From: Promethearchaeota archaeon | GTDB taxonomy: Archaea; Asgardarchaeota; Lokiarchaeia; Sigyniarchaeales; SOKP01 | DNA length: 64,000 bases | Reading direction: 5' to 3' | Assembly (NCBI GenBank): GCA_019057865.1 | Contig: JAHLWP010000007.1 | Span: 1-64,000 of the forward strand | Part shown: positions 39,587 to 49,028 of the stretch, piece by piece | How the letters are laid out: each line of letters starts with the position of its first letter | Position numbering within the stretch: the stretch's first letter is position 1 | Notes under the pieces: model-generated | Seen by the model: only the letters and a program-made list of their open reading frames with translations | Databases searched by the model: none | Told to the model about the DNA's origin: nothing | Program-made: the position numbers and the translations under genes

Positions 39587-40192
39587 TTAATCTATCCTCA
39601 AGTTGTTTTTTGATATTTTAATCTTCACTCTTGGTGTGTTTTCTAATAATCTCTCTAATTCCCTTTCTAAACTACTGTAGTTTATTTCAAGTTCCTTATA
39701 AAATTCACTGAATTGTGCGTTCAAGCACTTCTTCACTAAAAATATGTTTTGTGCTAATTTAACTATAAATTTGAGAAATTTTGAATGACGATGAAGGCTT
39801 TCTTCTGAAAAATAATGAAGTAACATGGATAGTTTCTCAGCTATTTCTGAGAGTCTATTCAAGGGAGTTCTACAATTGTTATAAAAGAGAGATTGAATTC
39901 CTTGTTCAAGTGATTGTCCGTTTTTCTTGATTTTACTTAACAAAGTCATGAATTCACGAGTTAATGATTCAATTTCTTGTTTTTGGGTATAAAATGTAGT
40001 GTTTATATCTTTTTCGGCAAAACTTAGAGTGGTTCCAAATCGGTATCTTATTACTTCATTCTTGTAATTGAAAAATGTTCGGAGTTGTCGTGAAAGTTCT
40101 TTTATTTTTCTTACTCCCTCAATCTCATACCAATTATTAAAAATATCATCATATTCTAATTCAATATAATATTCTTCATTATTATCCGTCAT
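39587..40192 (-). CDS. Hypothetical alpha-helical protein, likely co-transcribed with the 874-aa gene
   Basis: 201-aa ORF whose stop lies 4 nt before the next ATG. Confidence 0.7.
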   Translation of the reverse strand: MTDNNEEYYIELEYDDIFNNWYEIEGVRKIKELSRQLRTFFNYKNEVIRYRFGTTLSFAEKDINTTFYTQKQEIESLTREFMTLLSKIKKNGQSLEQGIQSLFYNNCRTPLNRLSEIAEKLSMLLHYFSEESLHRHSKFLKFIVKLAQNIFLVKKCLNAQFSEFYKELEINYSSLERELERLLENTPRVKIKISKNNLRID

Positions 40193-40323
40193 AATTTACT
40201 ATTTTAAACCTTTTACTAACTAATTAAAACATTTATATTTAAACAAAAAATGTTATTTCTAATAATTACAATTTAGAAAAAATACGATAAAATGTCTTAT
40301 ATCCCGCATAAAATATCATTTTC

Positions 40324-40908
40324 TCTAGTTTTGGGATAGTTCCATGTGCATTTCTAAGCATGTTTAGTGAAGGACTTGTTCCAGCGGCATGTGAAGTAGA
40401 TATTGCAGGATTAATTGGTATGTATATTTTACAGATTGCCACAAATACACCATCAGCAATATTGGATTGGAATAATAATTATGGGGATGATCCTAATAAA
40501 ATGGTATTGTTTCATTGCAGTAATCTCCCTAAATCATTCTTTAAAGATACTAAAATTACAATCCACCCAATTATTTCAGACCTCAAGGGTGGTGAAGTCA
40601 GCTATGGTGCTATACAAGGAAGAATAAAATCTGAACTTGTTACACTTTTAAGAATTGAAACTGATGATTTTATGGGTGAAATGAAGGCTATTATTGCAGA
40701 GGGGGAATACACCGATGATGCACTTGATACATTCGGAGGTTATGGTGTGGTTAAAATCCCTAATTTGCAATATTTATTAAAGAAATTGTGTTATGGGGGA
40801 TTTGCCCATCATGTTGCTGCTACACTGAATGAAGTAGGAATAATTGTTTATGAGGCTCTGTCTAGCTATCTTGGCTGGAATGTAGAATTTCACAATAAAG
40901 ATCAATAA
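40324..40908 (+). pseudogene. Orphaned 3' fragment of the fucose/arabinose isomerase gene
   Basis: Reads SSFGIVPCAFLSMFSEGLVPAACEVD...GFAHHV...LGWNVEFHNK. Homology stops abruptly about 40318-40324, with an in-frame TAA at 40309. Confidence 0.85.
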
Positions 40909-40911
40909 ATT

Positions 40912-42018
40912 CTATTTTTTTCTTCCTATTATTATTTCTTTTTCAAAAAAACCAGAATTAATTACTTTTTTATGCTCTTCAGTGAAATTTGTCAATATAT
41001 CAAAAGGTTTTATCTTTAAGGGTGTATAAATACTTTCATTATGGAAATTAAGAATTCTCCTTCTTGATAAATAAATAGAATATGCAGAAATATCGCAACC
41101 TATCCATTTTCGATTTAACTTATCAGCAACTAATAATGTAGTTCCAGAACCACAAAAAAAGTCTGCAATCAAGTTTTCTTCATTAGAACCTAATTTAATT
41201 ATTTTTTCTAGTAATTTATGGTGTTTCTGAGTCGGAAAACCACTCCATTCTTTTGAGGCAGGTTGCATACAAGGAATTCTCCACACATCATCCATTTTTT
41301 TATCGGTTACAATTCGATATTTTACATGTCCATTTTTATTTTTAACATTTTTCAAAACTCCGTTTATCATTTCTCTCATTAATTGTTTTTCTGGTTTTTT
41401 GCGAGGAATTCTTAGCTCATTAAACGTATATTTATTAGATTTGGAATATACTAATATATCATCGTGTGCACGAGGGAGGTTTCTTTTCCCTGCTGAATAT
41501 TTATTATAATAATACCAAATAATATTATTTATAAACCTCTCTTCTCCAAAAATTTCATCTAAGATTAATCTAACATAATGACTTGCATGCCAATCTAAAT
41601 GAATGAATAGTATACCCGTTTGAGATAATAATTCTTTAAAAAGAATTATCCTCTCATAAAGCATTTGCAAATATGAATCTAAATTCTTCTCCCAATGATC
41701 GAGGTATGCGATAGTATTATAAACATTATCATTATCTTTAATTTTAATCTGATAATTAGTGCCTGAAAAGAAAGGAGGATCTATATAGATCAAATCTACT
41801 TTACCTTTGAAGTTATTTAATAAATGATATAAAACTTCTATATTATTCCCCCAAAATAATTTGTTTCTCCATTCTTTCTTATGTAAATTATTTTGGATTT
41901 TTTTTTTATTAACTTCAGGGTGAACTTCAAAAATTTTATAATAATTCAGAAATTTATTTTTTAAATCTTTTAAATTGACTGGTTTTTCCGATTTTTCCTC
42001 CCAAATTAATTTTACCAT
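40912..42018 (-). CDS. N6-adenine/N4-cytosine DNA methyltransferase (beta class), no cognate endonuclease adjacent
   Basis: LIYIDPPF, FPTQKH, DFFCGSGTT. Confidence 0.9.
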   Translation of the reverse strand: MVKLIWEEKSEKPVNLKDLKNKFLNYYKIFEVHPEVNKKKIQNNLHKKEWRNKLFWGNNIEVLYHLLNNFKGKVDLIYIDPPFFSGTNYQIKIKDNDNVYNTIAYLDHWEKNLDSYLQMLYERIILFKELLSQTGILFIHLDWHASHYVRLILDEIFGEERFINNIIWYYYNKYSAGKRNLPRAHDDILVYSKSNKYTFNELRIPRKKPEKQLMREMINGVLKNVKNKNGHVKYRIVTDKKMDDVWRIPCMQPASKEWSGFPTQKHHKLLEKIIKLGSNEENLIADFFCGSGTTLLVADKLNRKWIGCDISAYSIYLSRRRILNFHNESIYTPLKIKPFDILTNFTEEHKKVINSGFFEKEIIIGRKK

Positions 42019-42162
42019 TCCTTTATCGAACTATATTTATATTTAGAATTTATATTTAAATTATATTTCAAATAAATCAGTTATTATAAAGTCTATATTA
42101 AATTTTTTATGATGTTGTTTCTGATTTATTAAAATTAGAAAAAAACAAATTTAAAAGTAAAA

Positions 42163-42840
42163 TTATTCAAGGCTTGTTCTTTCCAATAAATCCTCAAATT
42201 CTTTATCTGAAAGGAAACCTTTTTGCATCATAAGATCTTTAATTTCATCCATGAGTTGAGGAGCTCCTTTAGCTTCGGAGATTGTTTCTTCAAGTGCTTT
42301 TATCTTATCATTAAGCGCATCAACTTCTTTTACTTTTGATTCTTTTTCATCCTTAAGGCTTTCAACCTCTACATATTTATCTGAAATTGATTTTTGTAAA
42401 TCCTTTTTAAGACTTTCAATCTCATTATTTTTTTGTTCTAGTTCTGCTTTAAGATCATTTTTTTCATTTTCTAAAGCCTCTATTCTTTCAGATGATTTCT
42501 CTAATTCTATAATTTTTGAATTTGCTACAGATAATTTTTCCTCCAATTCAGTTATCGAAGATTTGAATTTATTGGTTTCGGCATCTACATAAAGTTTTTC
42601 TTCCTTGATTCTCTCAAAGTTTTTTTTCATTTCATCTAATTCGTCAATTTTTTTCTCTGATTCTAATAATTTTCCTTTAGTGGTTCTTAAATCTTCTGTT
42701 GTTTTTTCTAGGTCTTTTCTTTTCTGAGTTAATTGTCTTTCTAAATCATTAATTTTGGATCTAAGGTCTAATAAAAATCTTCCCTCAACTTTTTGTTTTG
42801 CCTCAGGCTTCTCTTTCGCCTTGGCCCAATCAAAAGAAAT
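42163..42840 (-). CDS. Coiled-coil protein (DWAKA N-terminus, KGFxxDKE C-terminus)
   Basis: Open frame extends 70 codons above the track ATG to ISFDWAKAKEKP...VEGRFLLDLR; GAGGTGA lies 7 nt before ATT 42840. Confidence 0.75.
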   Translation of the reverse strand: MSFDWAKAKEKPEAKQKVEGRFLLDLRSKINDLERQLTQKRKDLEKTTEDLRTTKGKLLESEKKIDELDEMKKNFERIKEEKLYVDAETNKFKSSITELEEKLSVANSKIIELEKSSERIEALENEKNDLKAELEQKNNEIESLKKDLQKSISDKYVEVESLKDEKESKVKEVDALNDKIKALEETISEAKGAPQLMDEIKDLMMQKGFLSDKEFEDLLERTSLE

Positions 42841-42988
42841 TTCAATTTCACCTCTATTCTGATATAAATTTAATTTATTTTGTATTAGTATATATTTAAT
42901 TTCTTTAGATTTATTATTTATAAAAATTTTATTAAATTATTTAAACTAATAAATAGTTATATTAATAAAAAATATGTTTCATATAAGG

Positions 42989-43654
42989 TTAATCTTCTAA
43001 TTCTTTTCTTAATTGTTCAAGCTCCTTATCAGTTATAAATCCTTTATGTTCCATTACTTCTCTAATTTTTATCATTATTTTTGGAGATGTTTTAGCCTCT
43101 AAAAACTGACTTTCAAGAACACTGATTCTATTAATTAGCTCATTTGTTTTAATATTTTTCGCTTCTAAGTTACTTTTAAGGCTTTCTAATTCTATATCTT
43201 TTTGTTTTAAATCATTTTTGAGATTTTGAACTTCCTTTTCTTTAAAATTGATTTTTTGTTCCATTTCGGATGCTTTCTCAGAGGTGAAATTTAATTGGTT
43301 CTCTAATGTAGTGATTTTCGCTACAGCTTCAGTTAAATTTTTTTCTAACTCTGATTTCGTTGATTTTAGTTTTGTTACTTCAATATCAGTATGAAGTTTA
43401 TCTTCCTGTACTTTATCTAAAGTCTTTTTCGCTGAAGATCTTTTCTCTGTTAACTCAAGTAAACTTTTTTCACGACCAGCTAATTTTTTTTTTATATTTT
43501 TTAGTTCATTATTTGCCTGTTCTAACTCCTTTTTACTTTGGATTAATTTTTGTTCAAGATCACTAATTTTAGTTCGAAGGTCTAAAAGATACCTTCCCTC
43601 CACAGGTAATTTCTTATCAGGTCTCTCCTCAGCTTTTGCCCAATCTATAATAAT
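42989..43654 (-). CDS. Coiled-coil protein, tandem paralogue
   Basis: IIIDWAKAEERP...VEGRYLLDLR; GAGGTGA lies 7 nt before ATT 43654; C-terminus MEHKGFITDKE. Confidence 0.75.
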   Translation of the reverse strand: MIIDWAKAEERPDKKLPVEGRYLLDLRTKISDLEQKLIQSKKELEQANNELKNIKKKLAGREKSLLELTEKRSSAKKTLDKVQEDKLHTDIEVTKLKSTKSELEKNLTEAVAKITTLENQLNFTSEKASEMEQKINFKEKEVQNLKNDLKQKDIELESLKSNLEAKNIKTNELINRISVLESQFLEAKTSPKIMIKIREVMEHKGFITDKELEQLRKELED

Positions 43655-43842
43655 TACTTTCTCACCTCATAATTTCTCTATACTAATTAGATCTATTATT
43701 TATTATTAAATTCGATCTCATATATTTTATATTTCTTTTTCTATATTAAAGCTTTAAAAAATATTAATTTATTATAAAGACCAATTTTATTAATATTATT
43801 TATTTGATATCTATAAGATAAATTAATTTTTACCTTCTTTTA

Positions 43843-44646
43843 ATGAATAAGATTTCTATAGGATGTGCTGGTTGGGATTATAAAGATTGGATCGGCCCAT
43901 TTTATCCTAAGAGCCTTGAGAGACAATATCATTTAGCGTATTATGCTAAATTTTTTAGGATTACTGAAGTCAACTCAACTTTTTATAATCTCCCCTCTAT
44001 AGATACTGTGAATAAATGGAATTCTCGAACTCCTCCAGACTTCCGTTTCATAATTAAAATGTGGCAAAAAATTACACATTACTTAAATGAACCAGAAGTG
44101 GTTTCTAGAATAAATGAATTTTTACTCCATATGGAGCCATTAAAAGCAAAGATAGTAGCATATCTACTACAATTTCCACCATGGTTTGAATACTCAGAGA
44201 AGCATTTGAATCAATTAAAATTTTTAATAAATGAGATACCCTCTACATTTAGCTTAATAATTGAACTACGACATAATTCTTGGTTAAAGTCAGAAATCCT
44301 TTCTGATTTTATTGATGGGACTCAAAAAATTTTGGGAACAACCTATATACCGAGTGTTTCTCCATTTTATATCCCAAATCAAAAATATTATTATATTAGA
44401 CTCATTGGTGACCGGGAGCTAACGGTTTTTAACCGAATTCAGAGAGATCAAGAAGAAACTATAAATCATCTTGACCAAAATATTCGGAAATTAATTACAA
44501 TGCCTAACGTCTATGAAATCTTTATTATTGTCAATAATCACTTCCAAGACAATGCTCCAACTAGTGTTAATATACTAAAAAAAAGACTAGGTTTAGAATT
44601 TCAAGATTTTGACAAACAGAAAAAATTTTTTGACTATTTAAAATAA
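43843..44646 (+). CDS. DUF72 (YecE-like) protein
   Basis: IGCAGWDYKDW, EVNSTFY, LLQFPP, ELRHNSW, YIRLIG, VNNH. Confidence 0.9.
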   Translation: MNKISIGCAGWDYKDWIGPFYPKSLERQYHLAYYAKFFRITEVNSTFYNLPSIDTVNKWNSRTPPDFRFIIKMWQKITHYLNEPEVVSRINEFLLHMEPLKAKIVAYLLQFPPWFEYSEKHLNQLKFLINEIPSTFSLIIELRHNSWLKSEILSDFIDGTQKILGTTYIPSVSPFYIPNQKYYYIRLIGDRELTVFNRIQRDQEETINHLDQNIRKLITMPNVYEIFIIVNNHFQDNAPTSVNILKKRLGLEFQDFDKQKKFFDYLK

Positions 44647-44866
44647 TATTTTTAAATTACTTACAAGCTCTTTTTCAGACGTTGAATTAACTGATGAAAA
44701 TATTGAAAATGAGGAATTCTAGTGTAGATTATATGAATCCTTAAGCTAAATAAAATAGATTTTTTTATTACTTTTTTATAAATTAAAAATTCCGCATAGA
44801 TTAATAGCTTAATAATTAGTTTTATTAAATCCTAATTCAAAAAGTGTCATACTTAATTGTATAATT

Positions 44867-45391
44867 GTGTTTAAAATGAGTAATAATACCAATGTTGAGG
44901 AATTATTTCTTGAAAAATTTGAGAAATTATCCTTAAAAGTTGAGCAATTGACAAATGAAATTTCTAAAATGAAAGAGAAATTAGATAAAAACTATAAAGT
45001 TAATAGAGTTTTTGGCCTTAAAACATTAAGAAATTCAACGCAATTAGAATTTGCTAAGGATGTATTTGGAATAGGGAGCCCAACAAAAAGATATCTTTTA
45101 TCAATAAGAGCTATAACTGAAGAATGGAAAGGAAGGAAAAATGACTTTCTGATATCAATAAGACAACAAGAAAAAGAAACTCAAATGGATTTAAAGGCTC
45201 TCGGAATTAGGATTCCGATTAATGATATTAAAAATATCCATCTTTTAACAAAACAGATCATTTCATTATTGTATATTTCATGTGAATTCAGAGGTCTTGC
45301 AGTTAATGATATATTAAGGGAAATTTTGACTCAAGTAAACAATGAAGGATATAATATGGTTCAAGAAATTAAACATAAAATGATCTTTTGA
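44867..45391 (+). CDS. Hypothetical protein; N-terminal coiled coil plus possible PC4-like domain
   Basis: EEWKGRK..FLISIRQ...LGIRIP pattern. Confidence 0.5.
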   Translation: MFKMSNNTNVEELFLEKFEKLSLKVEQLTNEISKMKEKLDKNYKVNRVFGLKTLRNSTQLEFAKDVFGIGSPTKRYLLSIRAITEEWKGRKNDFLISIRQQEKETQMDLKALGIRIPINDIKNIHLLTKQIISLLYISCEFRGLAVNDILREILTQVNNEGYNMVQEIKHKMIF

Positions 45392-45594
45392 TTCTTATGT
45401 AGATCGTGAAACTTTTAATTTTACGAAATTTTACATATAGAAATAATAATTTTATAAAATAAAGATTAACTAATAGAAGTTGTTTAGAAACAGATGTTAT
45501 AGAATATATAAATTATAGTAACAAAATTATAACTGTAAGAATAAAAACTTTAACCTAATTTGATATTAATTAAAATTCAAAAAAGGCTAATTAA

Positions 45595-46539
45595 ATGGAT
45601 GAATTTAAATGTGAAATTTTAATCATTGGTGCTGGACCCGCAGGATTAAGTGCAGGTGTTTATTGTGCTCGAGCAAACAGAGATGTCATTATTCTTGATG
45701 GAAAAGAATTATCTGCTTTAGCCAAAACGAAAGAAATACAAAATTGGTTAGGAGAAATAGATATTAAGGGAAAAAAACTATTAGAAAAGTTTAGGGCTCA
45801 TGCTTTAAGTTATTCTGAAAATCTAAAAATTATGAAAGGTGATGTAATCTCAATGATGCTTGGAATGGGTGTAAACATGATATCAACGCGAACATCTGAT
45901 ATAACTTCGGATGTTGTTATAATCGCAACAGGCAGTGGACATCGAAAAGAAATAATCAAGGGAGAAGGTGCTTTACTTGGATTTGGTGTTTCCTATAGTG
46001 CATTAAATGATGGACCTTTATATAAAGATAAAGTTGTGTTCTTATATGGTTCAGATGAAGAAGTATTCGAAGATGCATTAACTCTACATCAAATGGGAAG
46101 TAATGTACATATAATAACTAATGTAGGAATCGATGAATTACCTGAAAAGGTTTATGAGGTCAAAGAAAGGGGAATTGATGTCATAGAGAATATGGAAATC
46201 ATTGAAGCTGTACCAGATTCGGAAGGCATAATTCAAAAAATTATATGCAGATTTACTAAACCCGAATCAGAAGATTTTGAAGAATTAATAGAATTTGAGT
46301 TAGATTGCTTATTTATATTATCCCATATTGCATCAAATTCTATATTTAAAAAAGCTGGTGTAGAATTAGATGATATGGGAAATATTATAGTAGATGATGG
46401 ACAACAAACAAATCTTAAGGGAGTGTATGCCGCTGGTGATGTTACAGGTGGATTATTTCAAGTGGTTTTTGCCGCAGCAGAAGGTGCACGAGCGGGAATA
46501 AATGCATGCAAATATCTTCGGCAATTAAAGAAGGAATAA
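45595..46539 (+). CDS. Thioredoxin reductase-like flavoprotein lacking CxxC
   Basis: IIGAGPAG, IATG and GVYAAGD present; SYSALND in place of SYCATCD. Confidence 0.85.
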   Translation: MDEFKCEILIIGAGPAGLSAGVYCARANRDVIILDGKELSALAKTKEIQNWLGEIDIKGKKLLEKFRAHALSYSENLKIMKGDVISMMLGMGVNMISTRTSDITSDVVIIATGSGHRKEIIKGEGALLGFGVSYSALNDGPLYKDKVVFLYGSDEEVFEDALTLHQMGSNVHIITNVGIDELPEKVYEVKERGIDVIENMEIIEAVPDSEGIIQKIICRFTKPESEDFEELIEFELDCLFILSHIASNSIFKKAGVELDDMGNIIVDDGQQTNLKGVYAAGDVTGGLFQVVFAAAEGARAGINACKYLRQLKKE

Positions 46540-46890
46540 ACTTGATATTATGTTGACATTACACTCTATTATGTATTATTACGATAATTTCCAAGATTAT
46601 TTTATGGCAAGCATTTCAGACAGCTCAATTAATGTTTATGAGTTTAATAGTTTTAATTTTTCTTATTAATGTTAAAAGCGGGCAATGGAGGGATAGATTT
46701 AGAATTTATCTTTCCATCTTATTTTATGGTAAATTATATTACCTTGATGTTATATCTTAGTAATATCGAATAATATCATATTGAAATTGAATATATTTAA
46801 CCGAAAAAAAAAAATTTAAAAAAAATATAAACCATTATTAAGATTATTATGTGTAAATTTGAATAAAGCTACAAGGTATGGTGACTAAAA

Positions 46891-47835
46891 TTGTCTGATA
46901 AAAATGAAATAGATCTAGCAATTATTGGTGGTGGACCTGCAGGATTAACAGCGGCAATTTATGGTGGAAGAATGGGTTTAAAGACTGCTCTCTATGAAGG
47001 TAAAGGTTTTGGTGGTTTAGCTGGGACCGCTCCCAAGATTGAAAATTATCCAGGATTTGGTAGTATTAATGGTCTTGAGTTAACGGAAAAAATGAGGGAA
47101 CAAGCTGAAAAATGGGGAACTCCTTTTTATTTTAATGAAGTCTCAGAAATCAATCCGAAGGAAATGACAATAACTACTTATGAAGGAGACACAAAAGCCA
47201 AAGCGATTATAATTGCGACTGGTTCAAAACATCTAACACTTGGATTGCCTAATGAGTTTGAATTAGTAGGTAATGGAATATCTTACTGTGCTACTTGTGA
47301 TGGTCCTATATTTCGAGATCAAGTAGTTGCTACGGTTGGTGGTGGTAATGCCGCTGGTCTAGAAGTAATTTATCTTTCAGGTGTAGCAAGAAAAGTTTAT
47401 CTTATTCATAGACGTCACTGTATGCGAGCAGAAGCATGTATTGCAGATGAGGTCGTGTCATTAAATAATGTTATACCAATGTATAATTGCACTATTGAAG
47501 AAGCTATAACTAAGGATAACAAATTGGGAGCGTTAAAAATCAAAAATCATGAAACTGGCGAAATAACTAAAATAAATGTAAATGCTCTCTTCATTGCAAT
47601 AGGAGTTGAGCCACAGACCGAATTAGCGAAGAAAGCAGGGATAGAACTTGATAAGGATAATTATATTAAAGTCAATAGGAAACAAGAAACTAATATTCCT
47701 GGTATTTATGCAGCAGGAGATGTAACTGGTGGAATAAGACAGGTAGCAACGGCAGTTGGGGAAGCAACAACAGCAGCGATGAATGCGTATCTATTTATTA
47801 AAAAAGGATGGTATGGAGAAGGAGAGAAAAAATAA
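46891..47835 (+). CDS. trxB: Thioredoxin reductase
   Basis: GGGPAG, SYCATCDG, VGGGNAA, HRR, GIYAAGD. Confidence 0.93.
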   Translation: MSDKNEIDLAIIGGGPAGLTAAIYGGRMGLKTALYEGKGFGGLAGTAPKIENYPGFGSINGLELTEKMREQAEKWGTPFYFNEVSEINPKEMTITTYEGDTKAKAIIIATGSKHLTLGLPNEFELVGNGISYCATCDGPIFRDQVVATVGGGNAAGLEVIYLSGVARKVYLIHRRHCMRAEACIADEVVSLNNVIPMYNCTIEEAITKDNKLGALKIKNHETGEITKINVNALFIAIGVEPQTELAKKAGIELDKDNYIKVNRKQETNIPGIYAAGDVTGGIRQVATAVGEATTAAMNAYLFIKKGWYGEGEKK

Positions 47836-47935
47836 ACAAAATAAATACCTCTCTGAAATATATCAGACAATTGAAAAAAGAATAATTTAATCTAATTTTT
47901 TAGAATCCTTTTCTACTATTGCTTAAATGATACGC

Positions 47936-47963
47936 AGATATTACTTTATATTATGTAATATCT
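47936..47963. other. 28-bp 11-6-11 inverted repeat (dif/Xer-site-like) just upstream of xerA
   Basis: AGATATTACTT-TATATT-ATGTAATATCT; arms match at 10 of 11 positions. Confidence 0.45.
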
Positions 47964-47982
47964 CGATCATATTGTATGTATT

Positions 47983-48906
47983 ATGGTAAATAGCAAATTT
48001 TCAGATTTTACCGAGGATTTTTTAATTTCCAAAGAAGTAGAAGAAGGTTGTGCCTCCTCAACAATTAAAGCTTATAAATATGACCTTGATAAATTTATTA
48101 GTCTTGTAGGAGATCTTGATCTTAATTCTCCTATGCTTAGACAGAGAATAAGGTTATTTTTAAAAAAAATAAAGGATTTGGGGTATACAAAAAAAGGAAT
48201 CGGGAGAAAAATAGCATTATTACGATCATATTTTAAATTTTTAACTCTAAATGAATTTATAGAGAAAAATCCTATGAGTACTATAAAGTCTCCAAAGATA
48301 AAACTCGAAGAAAATCTGCCAAAATTCCTTAATGTTAACGACATTAAGCTGATTTTTAATAAATTAAAAGATAGACAAATTTTTAATTCCAAAAAAAGCC
48401 AACGATATTATTTAATGATAAGATTACTCTATTCTACAATGGCCAGAGTAAGTGAGTTATGTAATATTAAGATAAATGATGTAGATTTTAATAAAGGGTA
48501 TATTAGATTAAGAGGTAAAGGAAACAAAGAAAGAATAGTCCCTGTGGATCAAAAAACATTGGATATTTTTAAAGAATATCTGAAAAATAGAATTTCCTAT
48601 AGTTCTGAAGATTATTTATTAGTAAATACTAGAAACCTAAAATTAAATCCTCGAGTAGTTCAAGTAGATATTAAAACAATAAAAGAGAAATGTGGATTTC
48701 CAGACTCAAAAATTATTACTCCCCATATTTTTAGGCATACTGGAGCAACCCATCTTAGACGTTCAGGAATGGATATTAGTGAACTTCAGGATATTTTAGG
48801 GCATTCAAATCCAAATACTACAAGAATTTATGCTAAAAATGATATCACTAAATTAAAACAATCGTATACGATGATGCATCCCCTAAATAACTCAGAAAAA
48901 TTTTAA
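47983..48906 (+). CDS. xerA: Tyrosine recombinase XerA/XerC-like
   Basis: ARVSEL, GKGNKER, TPHIFRH, LGH, TTRIY (R-K-H-R-H-Y). Confidence 0.88.
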   Translation: MVNSKFSDFTEDFLISKEVEEGCASSTIKAYKYDLDKFISLVGDLDLNSPMLRQRIRLFLKKIKDLGYTKKGIGRKIALLRSYFKFLTLNEFIEKNPMSTIKSPKIKLEENLPKFLNVNDIKLIFNKLKDRQIFNSKKSQRYYLMIRLLYSTMARVSELCNIKINDVDFNKGYIRLRGKGNKERIVPVDQKTLDIFKEYLKNRISYSSEDYLLVNTRNLKLNPRVVQVDIKTIKEKCGFPDSKIITPHIFRHTGATHLRRSGMDISELQDILGHSNPNTTRIYAKNDITKLKQSYTMMHPLNNSEKF

Positions 48907-49028
48907 GAAGCTAATCTTTTTAAATTATTTGATTCTTATCAAAATTTAATAGGCATAAGAAATTTTAAACTTAAATCGTTTTATTAATACATATACATCA
49001 AAATAAAATTTGATAAACTGGAGTTATC

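Larger units (their letters stand above)
36330..40323. mobile_element. Putative gene-restoring HNH-type insertion element within the isomerase gene
   Basis: Duplicated isomerase 3' part (36330-36908 vs 40324-40908) flanks two antisense genes; dense synonymous differences at the junction. Confidence 0.6.

Noticed and set aside
35472-40908. Simple tandem paralogy or assembly duplication of the isomerase
   Set aside because: The copies differ at many synonymous and some amino-acid sites, so they are not an assembly repeat. The second copy lacks the entire 5' ~285 codons with a sharp boundary. Ancient duplication followed by deletion is not fully excluded.
40912-42018. Restriction-modification pair formed by the methyltransferase and the 874-aa protein
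   Set aside because: They are separated by the orphan isomerase fragment and the 201-aa gene, and the methyltransferase lies outside the inferred insertion boundary.
45990-46015. Selenocysteine recoding in the CxxC-less TrxR
   Set aside because: The codons are AGT and AAT, not TGA; there is no in-frame stop.
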